From an uncultured Alphaproteobacteria bacterium (GTDB taxonomy: Bacteria > Pseudomonadota > Alphaproteobacteria > Rhizobiales > Rhodomicrobiaceae), in NCBI GenBank assembly GCA_963829495.1, contig CAWHIT010000028.1:51080-115079 (forward strand): 64,000 nucleotides of DNA. The letters run 5' to 3'. The notes under the pieces were generated by a model that searched no databases, had not been told where the DNA came from, and worked only from the letters and a program-made list of their open reading frames with translations. Below, piece after piece: positions 42,232-54,206 of this stretch; position 1 is the stretch's first letter, and each line of letters begins with the position of its first letter. A program made the position numbers and the translations under genes.

Positions 42232-43653
42232 TTATCTTGGGAGGAGCGTTCGCCCCATCAGGGCCTCGTCTATGGCATGGGCGGCTTGCCTGCCCTCGCG
42301 TATCGCCCAGACCACAAGTGACTGCCCGCGCCGCATGTCGCCCGCCGCAAATATCTTCTGGCGCGACGTGGCGTAGTCGCGGTCGTTGGCCTTGACATTA
42401 CCGCGCGGGTCGAGATCGAGACCGAGGGGGCCCGCAAGACCATCATGCATTGGCGAAACGAATCCCATCGCGAGCAGCACGAGTTCGGCCTCGATCTTGA
42501 AGTCGCTCCCGGGTATGGGCTGCATTCTCGGGTCCACACGCACGCAATGAAGCGCCTTGACCTGACCGTTCTCATCGCCTTCGAATCGGGTCGTCATGAC
42601 GCTGAAATCGCGCTCGGCGCCCTCCGCCTGACTCGATGACGTCCTGAGTTTCAGCGGCCAGTGCGGCCAGGAAAGAGCCTTGTTCTCTTTCTCGGGAGGC
42701 TTTGGCATGATTTCCAGCTGCACGACAGACTTCGCCTCTTGCCGGAATGACGTGCCGATGCAGTCGGAACCCGTGTCTCCGCCGCCGATCACGACGACGC
42801 GCTTGCCTGTTGCCAGAATCGGTTCGACATTCCCGAGAGGCTCGCCCGAAACACGGCGGTTCTGCTGCGGGAGGAAGCTCATGGCCTGCTCGATCCCCTT
42901 GAGTTCACGGCCGGGGATGGGCAACTCGCGGGCTTTTTCGGCTCCGCCTGTGAGAAGTACGGCGTCGTAGTCCCTCTCAAGGTCGAGGATCGAGATGGTC
43001 ACGCCGACATTCTGGTTGCAATGGAAGGTGACGCCCTCGGCCTGCATCTGAGCCACACGCCGCTCAATGAGGTGCTTTTCGAGCTTGAAATCGGGAATGC
43101 CGTAGCGAAGCAGCCCGCCGGGCATTGCGTTTTTTTCGAAGACATGAACGTCATGGCCGGCGCGGGCAAGCTGCTGCGCAGCCGCTAAGCCGGATGGGCC
43201 AGACCCTACGATGGCAACGCGCTTGCCTGTCTTCCTCTCGGGCGGCTCGGGGACGATCCAGCCCTGCTCGAAGCCCCGGTCGGCGATGGCGCACTCGATG
43301 CTTTTGATTGTGACCGGCACGTCCTCAATGTTCAACGTGCAGGACGCCTCGCAAGGAGCCGGGCAAATGCGACCCGTCACCTCCGGGAAATTGTTCGTGG
43401 AATGGAGGTTTCGCGCCGCCGTCAGCCACTCCCCGTTATAGGTGAGGTCGTTCCAGTCCGGGATCTGGTTGTTCACCGGGCAGCCGCGATGGCAATAGGG
43501 GATGCCGCAATCCATGCAGCGCGCCGCCTGCCTGCGAACATCCTCCTCCGAAGGCGGCAGCACGAACTCCCGGAAATGCCGGGTGCGTTCGCTGACCGGC
43601 GCGTAGTCGCGATCCTCGCGTTCGATCTCAAGAAAACCGGTGATCTTCCCCAT
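42232..43653 (-). CDS. gltD: glutamate synthase small subunit
   Basis: [50 protein letters not shown]. Confidence 0.97.
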   Translation of the reverse strand: MGKITGFLEIEREDRDYAPVSERTRHFREFVLPPSEEDVRRQAARCMDCGIPYCHRGCPVNNQIPDWNDLTYNGEWLTAARNLHSTNNFPEVTGRICPAPCEASCTLNIEDVPVTIKSIECAIADRGFEQGWIVPEPPERKTGKRVAIVGSGPSGLAAAQQLARAGHDVHVFEKNAMPGGLLRYGIPDFKLEKHLIERRVAQMQAEGVTFHCNQNVGVTISILDLERDYDAVLLTGGAEKARELPIPGRELKGIEQAMSFLPQQNRRVSGEPLGNVEPILATGKRVVVIGGGDTGSDCIGTSFRQEAKSVVQLEIMPKPPEKENKALSWPHWPLKLRTSSSQAEGAERDFSVMTTRFEGDENGQVKALHCVRVDPRMQPIPGSDFKIEAELVLLAMGFVSPMHDGLAGPLGLDLDPRGNVKANDRDYATSRQKIFAAGDMRRGQSLVVWAIREGRQAAHAIDEALMGRTLLPR

Positions 43654-43722
43654 GTCTAGTCCCTGCATGATGCGGCGACCGCCGCGTGGGCGCGCTTCGT
43701 ATCGCGCGCCCTAAAGTTTTGA

Positions 43723-46700
43723 TTACCGGCCATTTACCCCGATTGCGATGTCTGCGTGCTCCGGCGGATGTGGCGCCACGCGGAGACGCTTCATGTTTTC
43801 GAGCGCCTTGCGGTACTCGGTCGGCATCACCTTCACGAATTTGGGCAGGTAGCCCCTCCAATCGTCCAGGATCGCCTTAGCCCGCTCGGAGCCCGTGTAG
43901 TGGCGCTGGTTGTCGATAAGTCGGAAGAGCCGCAACTCGTCATCCTTCGTCATGTCGTGAAGGAGGTGCACAAAGTTGAAGCGCTCCAGCGTATCGCCGC
44001 TCGCCTGATCGAAGGGCGATACGTCGCCCGGATCGATGGGCTCCAGTTCGACCATGGCCATGTTGCAATGGCGCTCGAAGTCTCCCCGCTCGTCGAGCAC
44101 GTAGGCCACGCCGCCCGACATGCCTGCCGCAAAGTTGCGTCCCGTTGGCCCAAGAACCACGACGCAGCCACCGGTCATGTACTCGCAGCCGTGATCGCCC
44201 GTACCTTCCACCACGGCAATGGCGCCCGAATTGCGGACGGCAAAGCGCTCGCCCGCCACACCGCGGAAATAGCACTCGCCGGAAATCGCGCCGTAAAGCA
44301 CGGTGTTGCCGACGATGATGCTCTCCTCGGGAACGATGGCCGTTCCTTCTGGCGGCCGCACAATGATCTTCCCGCCAGACAGGCCTTTGCCGACATAGTC
44401 GTTGGCTTCTCCGGCGAGGTCGAGCGTGACGCCTTTCGCAAGCCATGCGCCGAAGCTTTGCCCCGCCGTGCCTTTGAGCCCGATCCAGATTGTGTCTTCG
44501 GGGAGTCCGGTATAACCGTAAGCCTTCGCGACACGGCCCGAAAGCATCGCACCGGTTGCGCGGTCGCTGTTCGCGATGGGAAGCTCCAGTTTTACGGGCC
44601 TACATGCTTCGAGCGCAGGTTTCGCGCATTCGATCAGCTTTCGGTCGAGCACATGCGCGATCGGATGGTTTTGCTTCTCCGAGTTGTGGATCGCGACCGA
44701 CTCCGGCATCTCGGGCTTGTAGAACAGCCGCGTGAAGTCCAGGCCGTGCGCCTTCCAATGCTCGATGGCGCGCTCTTTGTCGAGCCAATCCGTCCGGCCT
44801 ACGAGTTCGCTGTATGTGCGGACGCCAAGGGCAGCCATGTACTCGCGCAGCTCTTCGGCGACGAAGAAGAAGTAGTTGATGATGTGCTCGGGCGTGCCCT
44901 TGAAGCGCGCGCGCAAGACCGGGTCTTGCGTCGCCACTCCGACCGGACAGGTGTTCAGATGGCACTTGCGCATCATGATGCACCCGGCCGCGATCAGGGG
45001 CGCTGTCGCGAAGCCGACCTCGTCGGCGCCAAGAAGAGCGCCAACCAGCACATCGCGCCCGGTGCGAACGCCGCCGTCAACCTGCACGGCGATACGCCCG
45101 CGAAGCCGGTTCAGCACCAGCGTCTGCTGGGTCTCGGCAAGGCCGATCTCCCACGGCGAGCCAGCGTGCTTGATCGAGGTGAGCGGCGATGCGCCCGTGC
45201 CTCCTTCGAAGCCGCAAATCGTTACGTGATCGGCCCGCGCCTTCGCGACGCCCGCGGCCACGGTGCCGACGCCGACTTCCGCGCCAAGCTTCACGCTCAC
45301 CCAAGCCTCGGGGTTCACGTTCTTCAGGTCGAATATGAGCTGCGCCAGGTCCTCAATGGAATAGATATCGTGGTGCGGCGGCGGCGAAATGAGGGCGACA
45401 CCCGGCGTCGAGTGGCGGACGCGCGCGATGGTCTCGTCGACCTTATGGCCAGGAAGCTGGCCGCCCTCTCCGGGCTTCGCTCCCTGCACCATCTTGATCT
45501 GCATCATGTCGGAGTTCACGAGGTATTCGGTCGTCACCCCGAAGCGGCCCGAAGCCACCTGCTTGATGGCGGAGCGCATGCTGTCGCCATTCGGCAGCGG
45601 CTTGAAGCGGTCGGCTTCTTCGCCGCCTTCGCCGGTGTTCGACTTGCCGCCGATCCGGTTCATGGCGATTGCGAGCGTCGTGTGCGCCTCGCGGCTGATC
45701 GAGCCGAAAGACATCGCGCCCGTCGCGAAACGCTTCACGATCTCTTTTGCGGGTTCGACTTCCTCGATCGGAACCGGCATGCGGCCGATCTCGCGAGCTT
45801 CCTTGATGCGGAACAGCCCGCGAATCGTCATCAAGCGCTCGGACTGATCGTTCAAGCGCTTCGCGAAGGAGCGAAACTTGTCGGGAAGGTTACCGCGCAC
45901 GGCGTGCTGAAGATCGGCAACCGTGTCGGGGTTCCAGGCATGCTCCTCGCCGCGAAACCGGAAAGCATACTCCCCGCCTGTTTCGAGCGCGTTCTTCAGC
46001 ACCGGCGCATCCGAAAAAGCAAGGTGGTGACGCTCGGCGGTTTCCGCAGCGATCTCGGCAAGGCCGACGCCTTCGATGGCGGTGCGCGTGCCGGTGAAAT
46101 ACTTGGCGACAAAATCGGAGCGCAAGCCGACAGCATCCAGAACCTGCGCACCGCAATAGGACTGGTAGGTCGAGATGCCCATCTTGGACATGACCTTCAT
46201 GAGGCCTTTGCCGATCGCCTTCACATAGCGGTAGAAGGCTTCTTTCTTTTCGAGCGGCTTTCCAAGCTCGCCCAGGTTCGCCTCGATCGTCTCGAAGGCA
46301 AGATATGGGTTGATCGCCTCCGCCCCGTAGCCGGCCAGCGCGCAGAACTGGTGTATCTCGAACGCTTCGCCTGTTTCGACCACAAGGCCGACCGATGTGC
46401 GCAAACCCTTGCGGATCAAGTGATGGTAAATCGCGCTCGTCGCGAGCAGGCTGGGGATCGGAATGCGGTCGGGGCCCATGGCGCGATCCGACACGATAAT
46501 GATGTTCCAGCCATCGCGCACCGCCTGTTCGGCCTTCGTGCACAGTGCATCGAGCGAATGCTCCATGCCCCAAGAGCCGAGGTCAGCCGCGTAGGTGATG
46601 TCGAGCGTGACTGTTTTGAAAGGCGCGTCCGGCACGTCCGCGATGCGGCGGATGCGCTCCAGGTCATCGTTCAGAAGGATTGGCTGCGACACCTCAAGCC

Positions 46701-48432
46701 ATTTGAGGTTCGATGTGCCCTTCAGGTCGAGGATATTTGGCCGAGGTCCAATAAAGGAGACAAGGCTCATGACCAGTTCCTCGCGGATCGGGTCAATGGG
46801 GGGGTTCGTCACCTGAGCGAAGTTCTGCTTGAAGTAGGTGTGGAGCAGCTTCGGGTGGGAAGAAAGCGCCGAGATGGGCGTATCGGTCCCCATCGAACCG
46901 ATGGCTTCCTGCCCGGTTTCGATCATGGGCGCCATCAGGAACTTCCAGCTTTCCTGCGTGTAGCCGAAGGCCTGCTGCCGGTCGAGCAGCGGGATGTTGG
47001 TTTTCGGCTGCGACGGCTCGACATGCGGCAGCGCCTCAACGCGCAACTGCCCGCAATTCAGCAACTCCCGATAGGGGTGCGCATCGGAGAGCCGGGCCTT
47101 AACTTCGTCGTCCGAGACGATGCGCCCTTTTTCGAGGTCGATCAGCAGCATTTTGCCGGGTTGCAGGCGCCACTTGTGAACGATCATCTCCTCGGGAATG
47201 GGCAGCACGCCCGCCTCGGAGGAGAGGATAACCCGGTCATCGGATGTGATGACGTAGCGGGCCGGCCGAAGGCCGTTTCGGTCGAGCGTCGCCCCGATCT
47301 GCCGGCCGTCCGTGAAGGCGATTGCAGCGGGGCCGTCCCACGGTTCCATCAGTGAGGCGTGATACTGATAGAAGTCATGCCGCTTCTCATCCATCAGCTG
47401 GTTGCCTGCCCAGGCTTCCGGAATGAGCAGCATCATGGCATGGGCGAGGCTGTAGCCGCCCTGAACCAGGAATTCGAGCGCGTTATCGAAGCAGGCCGTA
47501 TCGGATTGCCCTTCGAAGGAAATCGGCCAAAGCTTTGAAATATTGTCGCCGAACAGCGGCGAAGAGACGCTCGCCTGCCGCGCCGCCATCCAGTTCACAT
47601 TGCCGCGCAGCGTGTTGATCTCGCCGTTGTGGCAGATCATGCGGTAGGGGTGCGCGAGCCTCCAGGACGGGAAGGTGTTTGTCGAAAAGCGCTGGTGAAC
47701 GAGCGCGAGCGCGGATGCAAAGCGCGGGTCGTGCAGGTCGAGGTAATACTCGCCGAGCTGATAGGACAGAAACATGCCCTTATAGACGACAGTCCGGCAC
47801 GACAAGGTGACGACATAGAAGTTCTGTATCTCGACCGGGCCAAGCTCCGCACGTGTCCGGTTCGCCATAATTCTACGCACAAGATAGAGAGCGCGTTCGA
47901 ATGTTGTTTCGTCGGCAATGCTTTCCGGCCGGGCCACGAAAACCTGCCGGTGGAATGGTTCCGTAGAAGTAACCAACTCAGGGAGCGGTTCGTTGTTGAC
48001 CGGCACGTCGCGCCAGCCAAGCAGGGGCATCCCTTCTTCCGCAAAGGTCTCGGCCACAATCGCCTCGCAACGTGCGCGCCGTGCGGGGTCCTGTGGCATG
48101 AAAATTTGGCCGACGGCGTATGAGCCGGGCTGCGGCAGCTTAAATCCAAGACGTTCCGCTTCAGCAGCGAAAAACTCGTGGGGGATCTGAACGAGAATGC
48201 CAGCGCCGTCCCCCGCAAGCGGATCGGCGCCAACCGCGCCTCGATGCTCCAGATGCAGCAGGATTTTTAAACCATCCTGCACGATCTGATGGCTTTTCAC
48301 GTTCTTGATGTTCGCGATCAGGCCGAGGCCGCAGGCATCGTGCTCGTTGGACGGATGATAAAGACCCTGAGGTTCGGGGACGCTGGGGAAGGGGTTCAAC
48401 CTGTTACCTGGATGCATCGCGGTTTCGGTCAT
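43723..48432 (-). CDS. gltB: glutamate synthase large subunit
   Basis: EHDACG N-terminal Cys, [36 protein letters not shown] domain. Confidence 0.98.
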   Translation of the reverse strand: MTETAMHPGNRLNPFPSVPEPQGLYHPSNEHDACGLGLIANIKNVKSHQIVQDGLKILLHLEHRGAVGADPLAGDGAGILVQIPHEFFAAEAERLGFKLPQPGSYAVGQIFMPQDPARRARCEAIVAETFAEEGMPLLGWRDVPVNNEPLPELVTSTEPFHRQVFVARPESIADETTFERALYLVRRIMANRTRAELGPVEIQNFYVVTLSCRTVVYKGMFLSYQLGEYYLDLHDPRFASALALVHQRFSTNTFPSWRLAHPYRMICHNGEINTLRGNVNWMAARQASVSSPLFGDNISKLWPISFEGQSDTACFDNALEFLVQGGYSLAHAMMLLIPEAWAGNQLMDEKRHDFYQYHASLMEPWDGPAAIAFTDGRQIGATLDRNGLRPARYVITSDDRVILSSEAGVLPIPEEMIVHKWRLQPGKMLLIDLEKGRIVSDDEVKARLSDAHPYRELLNCGQLRVEALPHVEPSQPKTNIPLLDRQQAFGYTQESWKFLMAPMIETGQEAIGSMGTDTPISALSSHPKLLHTYFKQNFAQVTNPPIDPIREELVMSLVSFIGPRPNILDLKGTSNLKWLEVSQPILLNDDLERIRRIADVPDAPFKTVTLDITYAADLGSWGMEHSLDALCTKAEQAVRDGWNIIIVSDRAMGPDRIPIPSLLATSAIYHHLIRKGLRTSVGLVVETGEAFEIHQFCALAGYGAEAINPYLAFETIEANLGELGKPLEKKEAFYRYVKAIGKGLMKVMSKMGISTYQSYCGAQVLDAVGLRSDFVAKYFTGTRTAIEGVGLAEIAAETAERHHLAFSDAPVLKNALETGGEYAFRFRGEEHAWNPDTVADLQHAVRGNLPDKFRSFAKRLNDQSERLMTIRGLFRIKEAREIGRMPVPIEEVEPAKEIVKRFATGAMSFGSISREAHTTLAIAMNRIGGKSNTGEGGEEADRFKPLPNGDSMRSAIKQVASGRFGVTTEYLVNSDMMQIKMVQGAKPGEGGQLPGHKVDETIARVRHSTPGVALISPPPHHDIYSIEDLAQLIFDLKNVNPEAWVSVKLGAEVGVGTVAAGVAKARADHVTICGFEGGTGASPLTSIKHAGSPWEIGLAETQQTLVLNRLRGRIAVQVDGGVRTGRDVLVGALLGADEVGFATAPLIAAGCIMMRKCHLNTCPVGVATQDPVLRARFKGTPEHIINYFFFVAEELREYMAALGVRTYSELVGRTDWLDKERAIEHWKAHGLDFTRLFYKPEMPESVAIHNSEKQNHPIAHVLDRKLIECAKPALEACRPVKLELPIANSDRATGAMLSGRVAKAYGYTGLPEDTIWIGLKGTAGQSFGAWLAKGVTLDLAGEANDYVGKGLSGGKIIVRPPEGTAIVPEESIIVGNTVLYGAISGECYFRGVAGERFAVRNSGAIAVVEGTGDHGCEYMTGGCVVVLGPTGRNFAAGMSGGVAYVLDERGDFERHCNMAMVELEPIDPGDVSPFDQASGDTLERFNFVHLLHDMTKDDELRLFRLIDNQRHYTGSERAKAILDDWRGYLPKFVKVMPTEYRKALENMKRLRVAPHPPEHADIAIGVNGR

Positions 48433-48934
48433 GGCTGCATGTTTCGAGCGAAGTCTTTGTGTGATCGGCGATCTTGGTGTAGTTCATAGGTGCGTCTCTT
48501 CGAGTGTGGGTCGAAGTGCTCGCTGCTCAGGGGTGACATTTATGCGGGGCGGGATCGACTGATTTGCCGTTCTTTGTCACGCTGTGGAGGCCGCCCTTTC
48601 TCATTTCACCTCTCCTGCCCGCTGCCTTGAAACATGCGGGCACGCAAAATCCCGCCCCGAAACGCATTTGTTTCGCTGAAACAAACGGGTAAAACCGGGC
48701 CGAGTTCGTCCGTGCGGGCTTTTCAGCCCATCACTCTGAAGCGTGCCAGAATTCCCTCGTGATGACAAGTCTGCAATAATGCCGCGCACCTAAAGCGTGG
48801 CCTTACAATTTGCCGCCGGGCAGCGTGCGGGTGGGATGCAGACGCACGCGTTATAACTCCTATATAAGGTGGATTATGCCGGAGGCACGGGTCTCTCCTT
48901 GAGCGCCCGTGATCCGGGGCGGATTTGGGGAGCG

Positions 48935-50185
48935 ATGATGACGCCCACGGATTGGCGCGCAAACCTGCAGGACGTGCTCGCGCGAAGCTGGCAAAGCCTT
49001 CGCGATACCGTTCTTTCGCCGCAAGCCATCGCGACACCGGATGAAAAAGTGGCGGCGCTCGCCAGCAAGGCTGCCCCGGTCATCTGGCTCATCGGTAAAG
49101 TCCAGTCGGGGAAAACTTCGATCGTCCGGGCCTTGACCGAGGCCACTGCCGCGGAAGTAGGCCAAGGCTACAAGCCTTGCACGAGGACGGCGGCGCTCTT
49201 CGACTTTCCCTCAGACGCGCCCGTGATTCGTTTTCTCGACACGAGGGGTCTCGGCGAAAAGGGCTACGATCCCACGGAAGACATCGCCTTTCACGAAAGC
49301 CAGGCGCATCTGATGCTTGCTGTCATGAAAGCGCTGGACCCGCAACAGGACTCGGTGATCGAGACCGTCAAGGCGGCGCGAAAGAGGCATCCCGAGTGGC
49401 CGCTGATCGTGGCGCAGACCACCCTCCATGAGGCTTACGCGCCGGGGCAAGGCCATCCGCGAAATTACCCATATGCAACGACGGCGCAGGAACTGCCCTC
49501 CGACGCTGCAATTCCGCCGGATCTGGCAAGAAGCCTCGCCCATCAGCGCTCGCTTTTCAACGGCTTGCGCGGAAACGGCCTCTGCCTCTTCGTGCCGATC
49601 GACTTCACGCAGGCCGGGGACGGATACGAGCCCCAGGAATACGGGCTCGAAGCGCTGTTGCATGCGCTCCAAATGGCAGCGCCTGCCGGACTTGTTGCAG
49701 CCTTGAAGGACGCGAACGCGAAAGCGGGCGATACGCTTGCGAGCGAAGCGCATCCGCATATCGTCGGTTACGCCACCGCCGCAGCAGCAGCAGACGTTGT
49801 GCCGGTAGCAGGCGCAGTCGCCGTCCCGGTCGTGCAATCGAAAATGCTGCACAGCCTCGCGCGCATCTATGGCGTCGACTGGAACCGGAAGGCGCTGACA
49901 GAATTCGCGGCCTGCCTTGGCATAGGAGCCGTTTCCCGGCTTGCGGCCGGTTTCGGCTTTCGCGAGCTTGCGAAGCTCATTCCCGTTTATGGCCAGACAG
50001 CGGGAGCCGCCGCAGCCGCCGCTATGAGTTTCGCGACAACTTTCGCCATCGGCAAGGCGGCCTGCTACTTCCTCGCTATCCATCGGGCGGGCGGTAGCGA
50101 TCCGAAGGGCGTGTCCAAAGCTTACGCCGATGCACTGGCGCAAGCCTTCCGTTTCCGTAAAGTGGCAAAGTATCCTGAAGGATAA
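48935..50185 (+). CDS. P-loop GTPase with C-terminal YcjF/DUF697-like hydrophobic domain
   Basis: GKVQSGKT (G1), PCT (G2), DTRG (G3); C-terminal AAAADVVPVAG, QSKMLHSLARIYG, KLIPVYG. Confidence 0.75.
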   Translation: MMTPTDWRANLQDVLARSWQSLRDTVLSPQAIATPDEKVAALASKAAPVIWLIGKVQSGKTSIVRALTEATAAEVGQGYKPCTRTAALFDFPSDAPVIRFLDTRGLGEKGYDPTEDIAFHESQAHLMLAVMKALDPQQDSVIETVKAARKRHPEWPLIVAQTTLHEAYAPGQGHPRNYPYATTAQELPSDAAIPPDLARSLAHQRSLFNGLRGNGLCLFVPIDFTQAGDGYEPQEYGLEALLHALQMAAPAGLVAALKDANAKAGDTLASEAHPHIVGYATAAAAADVVPVAGAVAVPVVQSKMLHSLARIYGVDWNRKALTEFAACLGIGAVSRLAAGFGFRELAKLIPVYGQTAGAAAAAAMSFATTFAIGKAACYFLAIHRAGGSDPKGVSKAYADALAQAFRFRKVAKYPEG

Positions 50186-50205
50186 CTCATGCGTCAATCG
50201 GCACT

Positions 50206-50360
50206 CCCCCTCACCCCAACCCTCTCCCACGAGGGGAGAGGGAGTACGCTCGCGTGTGCAGCAGCGTTCCTTCTCCCATCGCATCCGCTTTCGGATGCGA
50301 TCTCTTTAGACTGCGAACTCGCCAAAGGCGTGTCCACCGGGAGAAGGACAGGATGAGGGG
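50206..50360. repeat. REP-like composite palindrome
   Basis: CCCCTCACCCCAACCCTCTCCC-ACGA-GGGGAGAGGG ... TCCTTCTCCC ... GGGAGAAGGACAGGATGAGGGG, with internal hairpin ATCGCATCCG-CTTT-CGGATGCGAT. Confidence 0.8.
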
Positions 50361-50408
50361 TTTCGACGTTCTCCGGAAAGGTGATTTAGGGTACTGGGGC
50401 ATCTGTGG

Positions 50409-51956
50409 ATGAGCAAGCCGCGCGACACCACGTTCTGGCTGCGCATATGGATTTGGGCGATCTGCATTGCCCTGCCGTCGCTGACGCTCGTGCCCTTCGG
50501 CGGCATTTGGATGTGGCAGCATGGTTACGTCCTTTATTGGGTGATCGGCGCATGCCTGTTCGTCATCGTCGCGTTCCTTTATCAGCTCTACCTCTTCAAG
50601 AAGCTCGATATTTCGCCGACGAAACACCCGGTTGAGCCTCCCGAGGACGCCGCAGCCTCAAGTTGGACGCCGCGCGAAAACGAAGCCTGGAAAGCGGTTC
50701 TAGCGGTGGCCGACACCGTGGATATCAGCCATTTTTCGAGCTGGTCCGCCTTTCTGGGGCTCGGCAAGGAAACCATCGACGCCGTTGCCAAGTCGCTTCA
50801 TCCCGAGGTGAAAGATCCGCTCTGGCAATTCACCGCGCCCGAAGCGCTCACGATGGTCGAGCAGGTCAGCCTGCATCTGAAGCCGATGGTCATCGAGAAT
50901 GTCCCGCTCGGCGACAAGCTGACGATCGGACAGATCATCAAGATTTATCAAATGCGCGGCGTGATCGATGTTGCCCAGAAGGGCTACGACATCTGGCGGA
51001 TCATTCGCATGCTCAACCCGGCGACGGCGGTGACGCAGGAGCTTCGCGAGCGGCTTTCCAATCAGATGTATCGCTGGGGCCGGGAGGAACTGGCGAAACG
51101 GCTGGCGCGCGGTTACGTGAAAGAAGTCGGCCGCGCGGCCATCGATTTGTACGGCGGCCGTCTGCGCGTCGCCCCGGAAGATCTGGAAGCGCACGTCACC
51201 GAAGCTACCGAGCGCGATCGCAAAGTGCCCAAGTTGAAGGCCGAGCCCTTGCGCCTTCTTCTCGGGGGGCAGGTGAACGCGGGCAAATCCAGCCTCATCA
51301 ATGCACTCTTGAACGAAGTGCGCGCCGGCTCGGATGCGCTCCCGCTGACGAACCAGTTCACGGCTTATGAGATCAAGCGCGAAGGCGTGCCGCAGGCGAT
51401 CATCCTCGACAGCCCCGGTCTCGATAGCTTGGAGCAGCCGCTCGAAAAGCTTTTGGAAGAAGCGGCGCAGGCTGACCTTATTCTTTGGGTCGCAAGCGCC
51501 GTGCGCGCGGACCGCGAACTCGATTCGCGGGCGCTCGATGCTGTTCGCGAGTATTTCGCCAAGCGCCCCAACCGCCGCCGCCCGCCCATGCTGCTGGTTT
51601 TGAGCCATGTGGACAGGCTTCGCCCCATGCAGGAGTGGAAGCCGCCCTACGACCTGGCCGATGAGGGCAATGCGAAAGCGGCATCCATCCGTGCGGCCAT
51701 CGACGCGGCTGGGAGCGATCTCGGCTTCTCGGCCGACGATGTCGTGCCCGCGTGCCTCGACGCGAAGGCTGGCGTCTATAATGTCGATGCGATCTGGGCC
51801 GAGATCATGGAGCTGATGCCGGAGGCCCAGCGCGCCCAGCTTGTGCGGACGCTGCAGGATCTCGACCGCGGCTTCGACTGGCGGCGGCTTCGGACGCAGG
51901 CGCTCAACGCCGGGCGCATCTTCGCGAAGGCGGTGTTATCAGGAAACAGCCGGTAA
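50409..51956 (+). CDS. membrane-anchored P-loop GTPase
   Basis: Two N-terminal TM helices, helical middle region, GQVNAGKS (G1), DSPG (G3), SHVD (G4-like). Confidence 0.75.
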   Translation: MSKPRDTTFWLRIWIWAICIALPSLTLVPFGGIWMWQHGYVLYWVIGACLFVIVAFLYQLYLFKKLDISPTKHPVEPPEDAAASSWTPRENEAWKAVLAVADTVDISHFSSWSAFLGLGKETIDAVAKSLHPEVKDPLWQFTAPEALTMVEQVSLHLKPMVIENVPLGDKLTIGQIIKIYQMRGVIDVAQKGYDIWRIIRMLNPATAVTQELRERLSNQMYRWGREELAKRLARGYVKEVGRAAIDLYGGRLRVAPEDLEAHVTEATERDRKVPKLKAEPLRLLLGGQVNAGKSSLINALLNEVRAGSDALPLTNQFTAYEIKREGVPQAIILDSPGLDSLEQPLEKLLEEAAQADLILWVASAVRADRELDSRALDAVREYFAKRPNRRRPPMLLVLSHVDRLRPMQEWKPPYDLADEGNAKAASIRAAIDAAGSDLGFSADDVVPACLDAKAGVYNVDAIWAEIMELMPEAQRAQLVRTLQDLDRGFDWRRLRTQALNAGRIFAKAVLSGNSR

Positions 51957-52146
51957 CTGTGTGAAAGCCCTGTCATAATAGTAAACGCCTCGTTGCCGGA
52001 CAGGGCCACGCCACGATGGTAAATCGCTTGATGGTTAACAGGAGCGCGCGCGATTTACTTCTGATCCAATTCATACCTCAATATGGTTTATTTGTCGCTA
52101 AGCGAGGAGCGTCGCGCCTTTGATCGGCAGCGGATAAGCGGCTCTA

Positions 52147-53191
52147 AAGTCTTTCCGACTTAGATTGAAGCATAACCAGCGTTCCTGAAGTAGGCAGCGC
52201 ACTCGGCTGGATGGAAGCATTTGAGCAGCGATCCGATCCTTTTCCAGACGGCCTCGACGGTGCGCTCCCCGGCTTTTCTGAGGAGCGTTTTGAGCTTGGC
52301 GAAGACTTGTTCGATCGGGTTCAGATCGGGACTGTAAGGGGGCAGAAACACCAAGCGTGCGCCGGCGGCGCGAATGGCGTTGCGGATTGCCCGGTTCTTG
52401 TGAGACCCAGATTGTCCATGACGACGACGTCGCCCCGCTTGAGCGTGGGAACCAAGATCTGCTCGACATAGGCAAGGAAGGCCTCGCCGTTGATGGGGCC
52501 ATCCAGCACGCAAGGCGCGGTAATCGCGTCCTGCCGCAGCGCGGCGAGAAACGTCAGCGTCTTCCAGTGGCCGTGCGGAACCTTGGCGACGAGCGGCTTG
52601 CCGCGGCGACGCCAGCCGCGGGTGCGGGTCATGTTCGTTTTGGCCCAGGTTTCATCAATGAAAACAAGGCGGGAGGGATCAATCCGCGCCTGGTATTTTT
52701 TCCAGCGGAGGCGGCGCCGGGCGACATCGGGACGGTCCTGCTCGGCGGCGAACAAGGTTTTTTTTAAAGCTGATCTCCTGGCGTTTCAGGAAGCGCCACA
52801 GCGTGTCGCAGGAAACGGCGACGCCCCGCTCGCGCAGTTCGCCGCGCAGCGCATGAAGCGTCAAATCGGGCTTTTCATCGAGCCGCGCCAGTAGCCAATC
52901 GCGCTCCGCTTCCAAAAGAAATGGGCGCTTGCCGCCCATGGGCTTGGCGGCCGCGCTGCCGCTTGCCCTAACGCGTTGCGTCCACTTCACGACGCTCGCC
53001 ACGCTGACATCGAACGCGGCTGAGGCCGCCCGCGTCGTCTGACCGCTCGTAACAAACGCCACCACCCGCTCACGCAGGTCGAGAGAATAAGCTCGCGCCA
53101 TGCATGCTGGCCTCCGCCCCAGCATGCAGTTTAAATCACTGTTCGCGCCGGATGGGAATCCCCAGTGATTCAATTAAAGTCGGAAGGACTC
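52147..53191 (-). mobile_element. IS630-family insertion sequence
   Basis: Imperfect TIRs AAGTCTTTCCGACTTAGATTGAA / TTCAATTAAAGTCGGAAGGACTC; TA duplicated at 52145-46 and 53192-93. Confidence 0.92.
52160..53101 (-). CDS. IS630 transposase (A-run frameshift near 52760; extra indel near 52405)
   Basis: [52 protein letters not shown] motifs; TTTAAAAAAAAC at the ORF junction. Confidence 0.9.
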
Positions 53192-53717
53192 TAAGTGCTT
53201 GAAAAAGAAAGGTTTCCAATCTTCAATCCAGCCCTATTAAATAGAATTCACTGCCGGAATTTCCTCACTAAATGGACGCGCAAAAGTCCGTTAAATATAT
53301 TCCAGCTTTGCCTGTTAACCACGGCTGCAGGCTCCCTCAGCGCGGCGCGCCCGTTCGACGGCATCACGCCATCAGTATTTTTCTTAAGAATATCAGTGTC
53401 TTGCGAGTGCATTAACCTGTCGGTAAGGCGCTTTTTCCTAGGATCTACGGCCTGAAGCATTCCGGCTGTCAACGCAAGCGAGACCGCCTATCCGGGGATG
53501 AAGCAAGATGACGCCTTTCGCAATTTGCATACAAAGAGCTGGTTGGCCGCAATCTCTTCGGTTGACGCGCGCTCCACCGCTAGGCCAGTTGTTTAGTCCT
53601 CTTGAAGTGGCCGCTTCTGACGGTGCGATCCAAGCTTGCCGTTGTGTTGAAGGATAATTTTTGGGATAAAGGCCACGCGCCGCCTCGACGGCGACGAGAT
53701 ACAGAAAACGGTAGGGT

Positions 53718-54059
53718 ATGAGAACTTTTAAAGTTGATCTTAACCAGCGCCTCAAGACCGCGGCGGAGGCCAAGGAAGCGGCGTTAAAGAAATACACGGA
53801 TCGGAAAGCGGACGACGATCCGGCCGTGCTTGCACGGAAGGCGGCGCGGTTAGACGCGGCCCAAGCGCGGGCGGCACGGGCCGCCGAGCGTGAGGCGAAA
53901 AAGCTCGCGGAAAAGGCCCACGCCATTGAAGAGAAGGCCAAGCAGAAGGCCGAGGCCGAGCTTGAAGCCTCAAAGAATGCCGAACGCCAGGAAGCTCTTG
54001 CCGCCGAACAGAAAGCGGCTCGGGATGCACGCTACGCCGCGCGCAAGGCCAAGAAATAG
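53718..54059 (+). CDS. DUF6481-like A/K/E-rich small protein
   Basis: RLKTAAEAKEAALKK ... EQKAARDARYAARKAKK. Confidence 0.8.
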   Translation: MRTFKVDLNQRLKTAAEAKEAALKKYTDRKADDDPAVLARKAARLDAAQARAARAAEREAKKLAEKAHAIEEKAKQKAEAELEASKNAERQEALAAEQKAARDARYAARKAKK

Positions 54060-54206
54060 CGCCAGGACCTCGCCTAGAAGGATGATCGAAGGCTGGGGCT
54101 TGGCTCACCTTGCGCGCGCGCCCACCCACTCATTGGGTTGACGTGCGCCCCGCGCCTTTCCATAGTCCGCACAATCATCCGAAACACATCAGAAAACCCA
54201 CGCACC

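Larger units (their letters stand above)
51957..53582. repeat. long intergenic repeat element, copy 4, split by IS630
   Basis: Left part 51957-52146 has TAGTAAAC..TCGTT and GATGGTTAACAGGAGCGCGC; right part 53192-53582 has TAAGTGCTTGAAA, GGACGCGCAAAAGTCCGTTAAAT, TAAGGCGCTTTTTCCTAGGATC, GATGACGCCTTTCGCAA..ATACAAAGAG. Confidence 0.82.

Noticed and set aside
43756-47355. 1199-aa ORF antisense to gltB (similarly 20325-21929, 26803-28155, 31308-32732)
   Set aside because: Shadow ORFs caused by high-GC codon bias opposite well-supported genes; no recognisable motifs.
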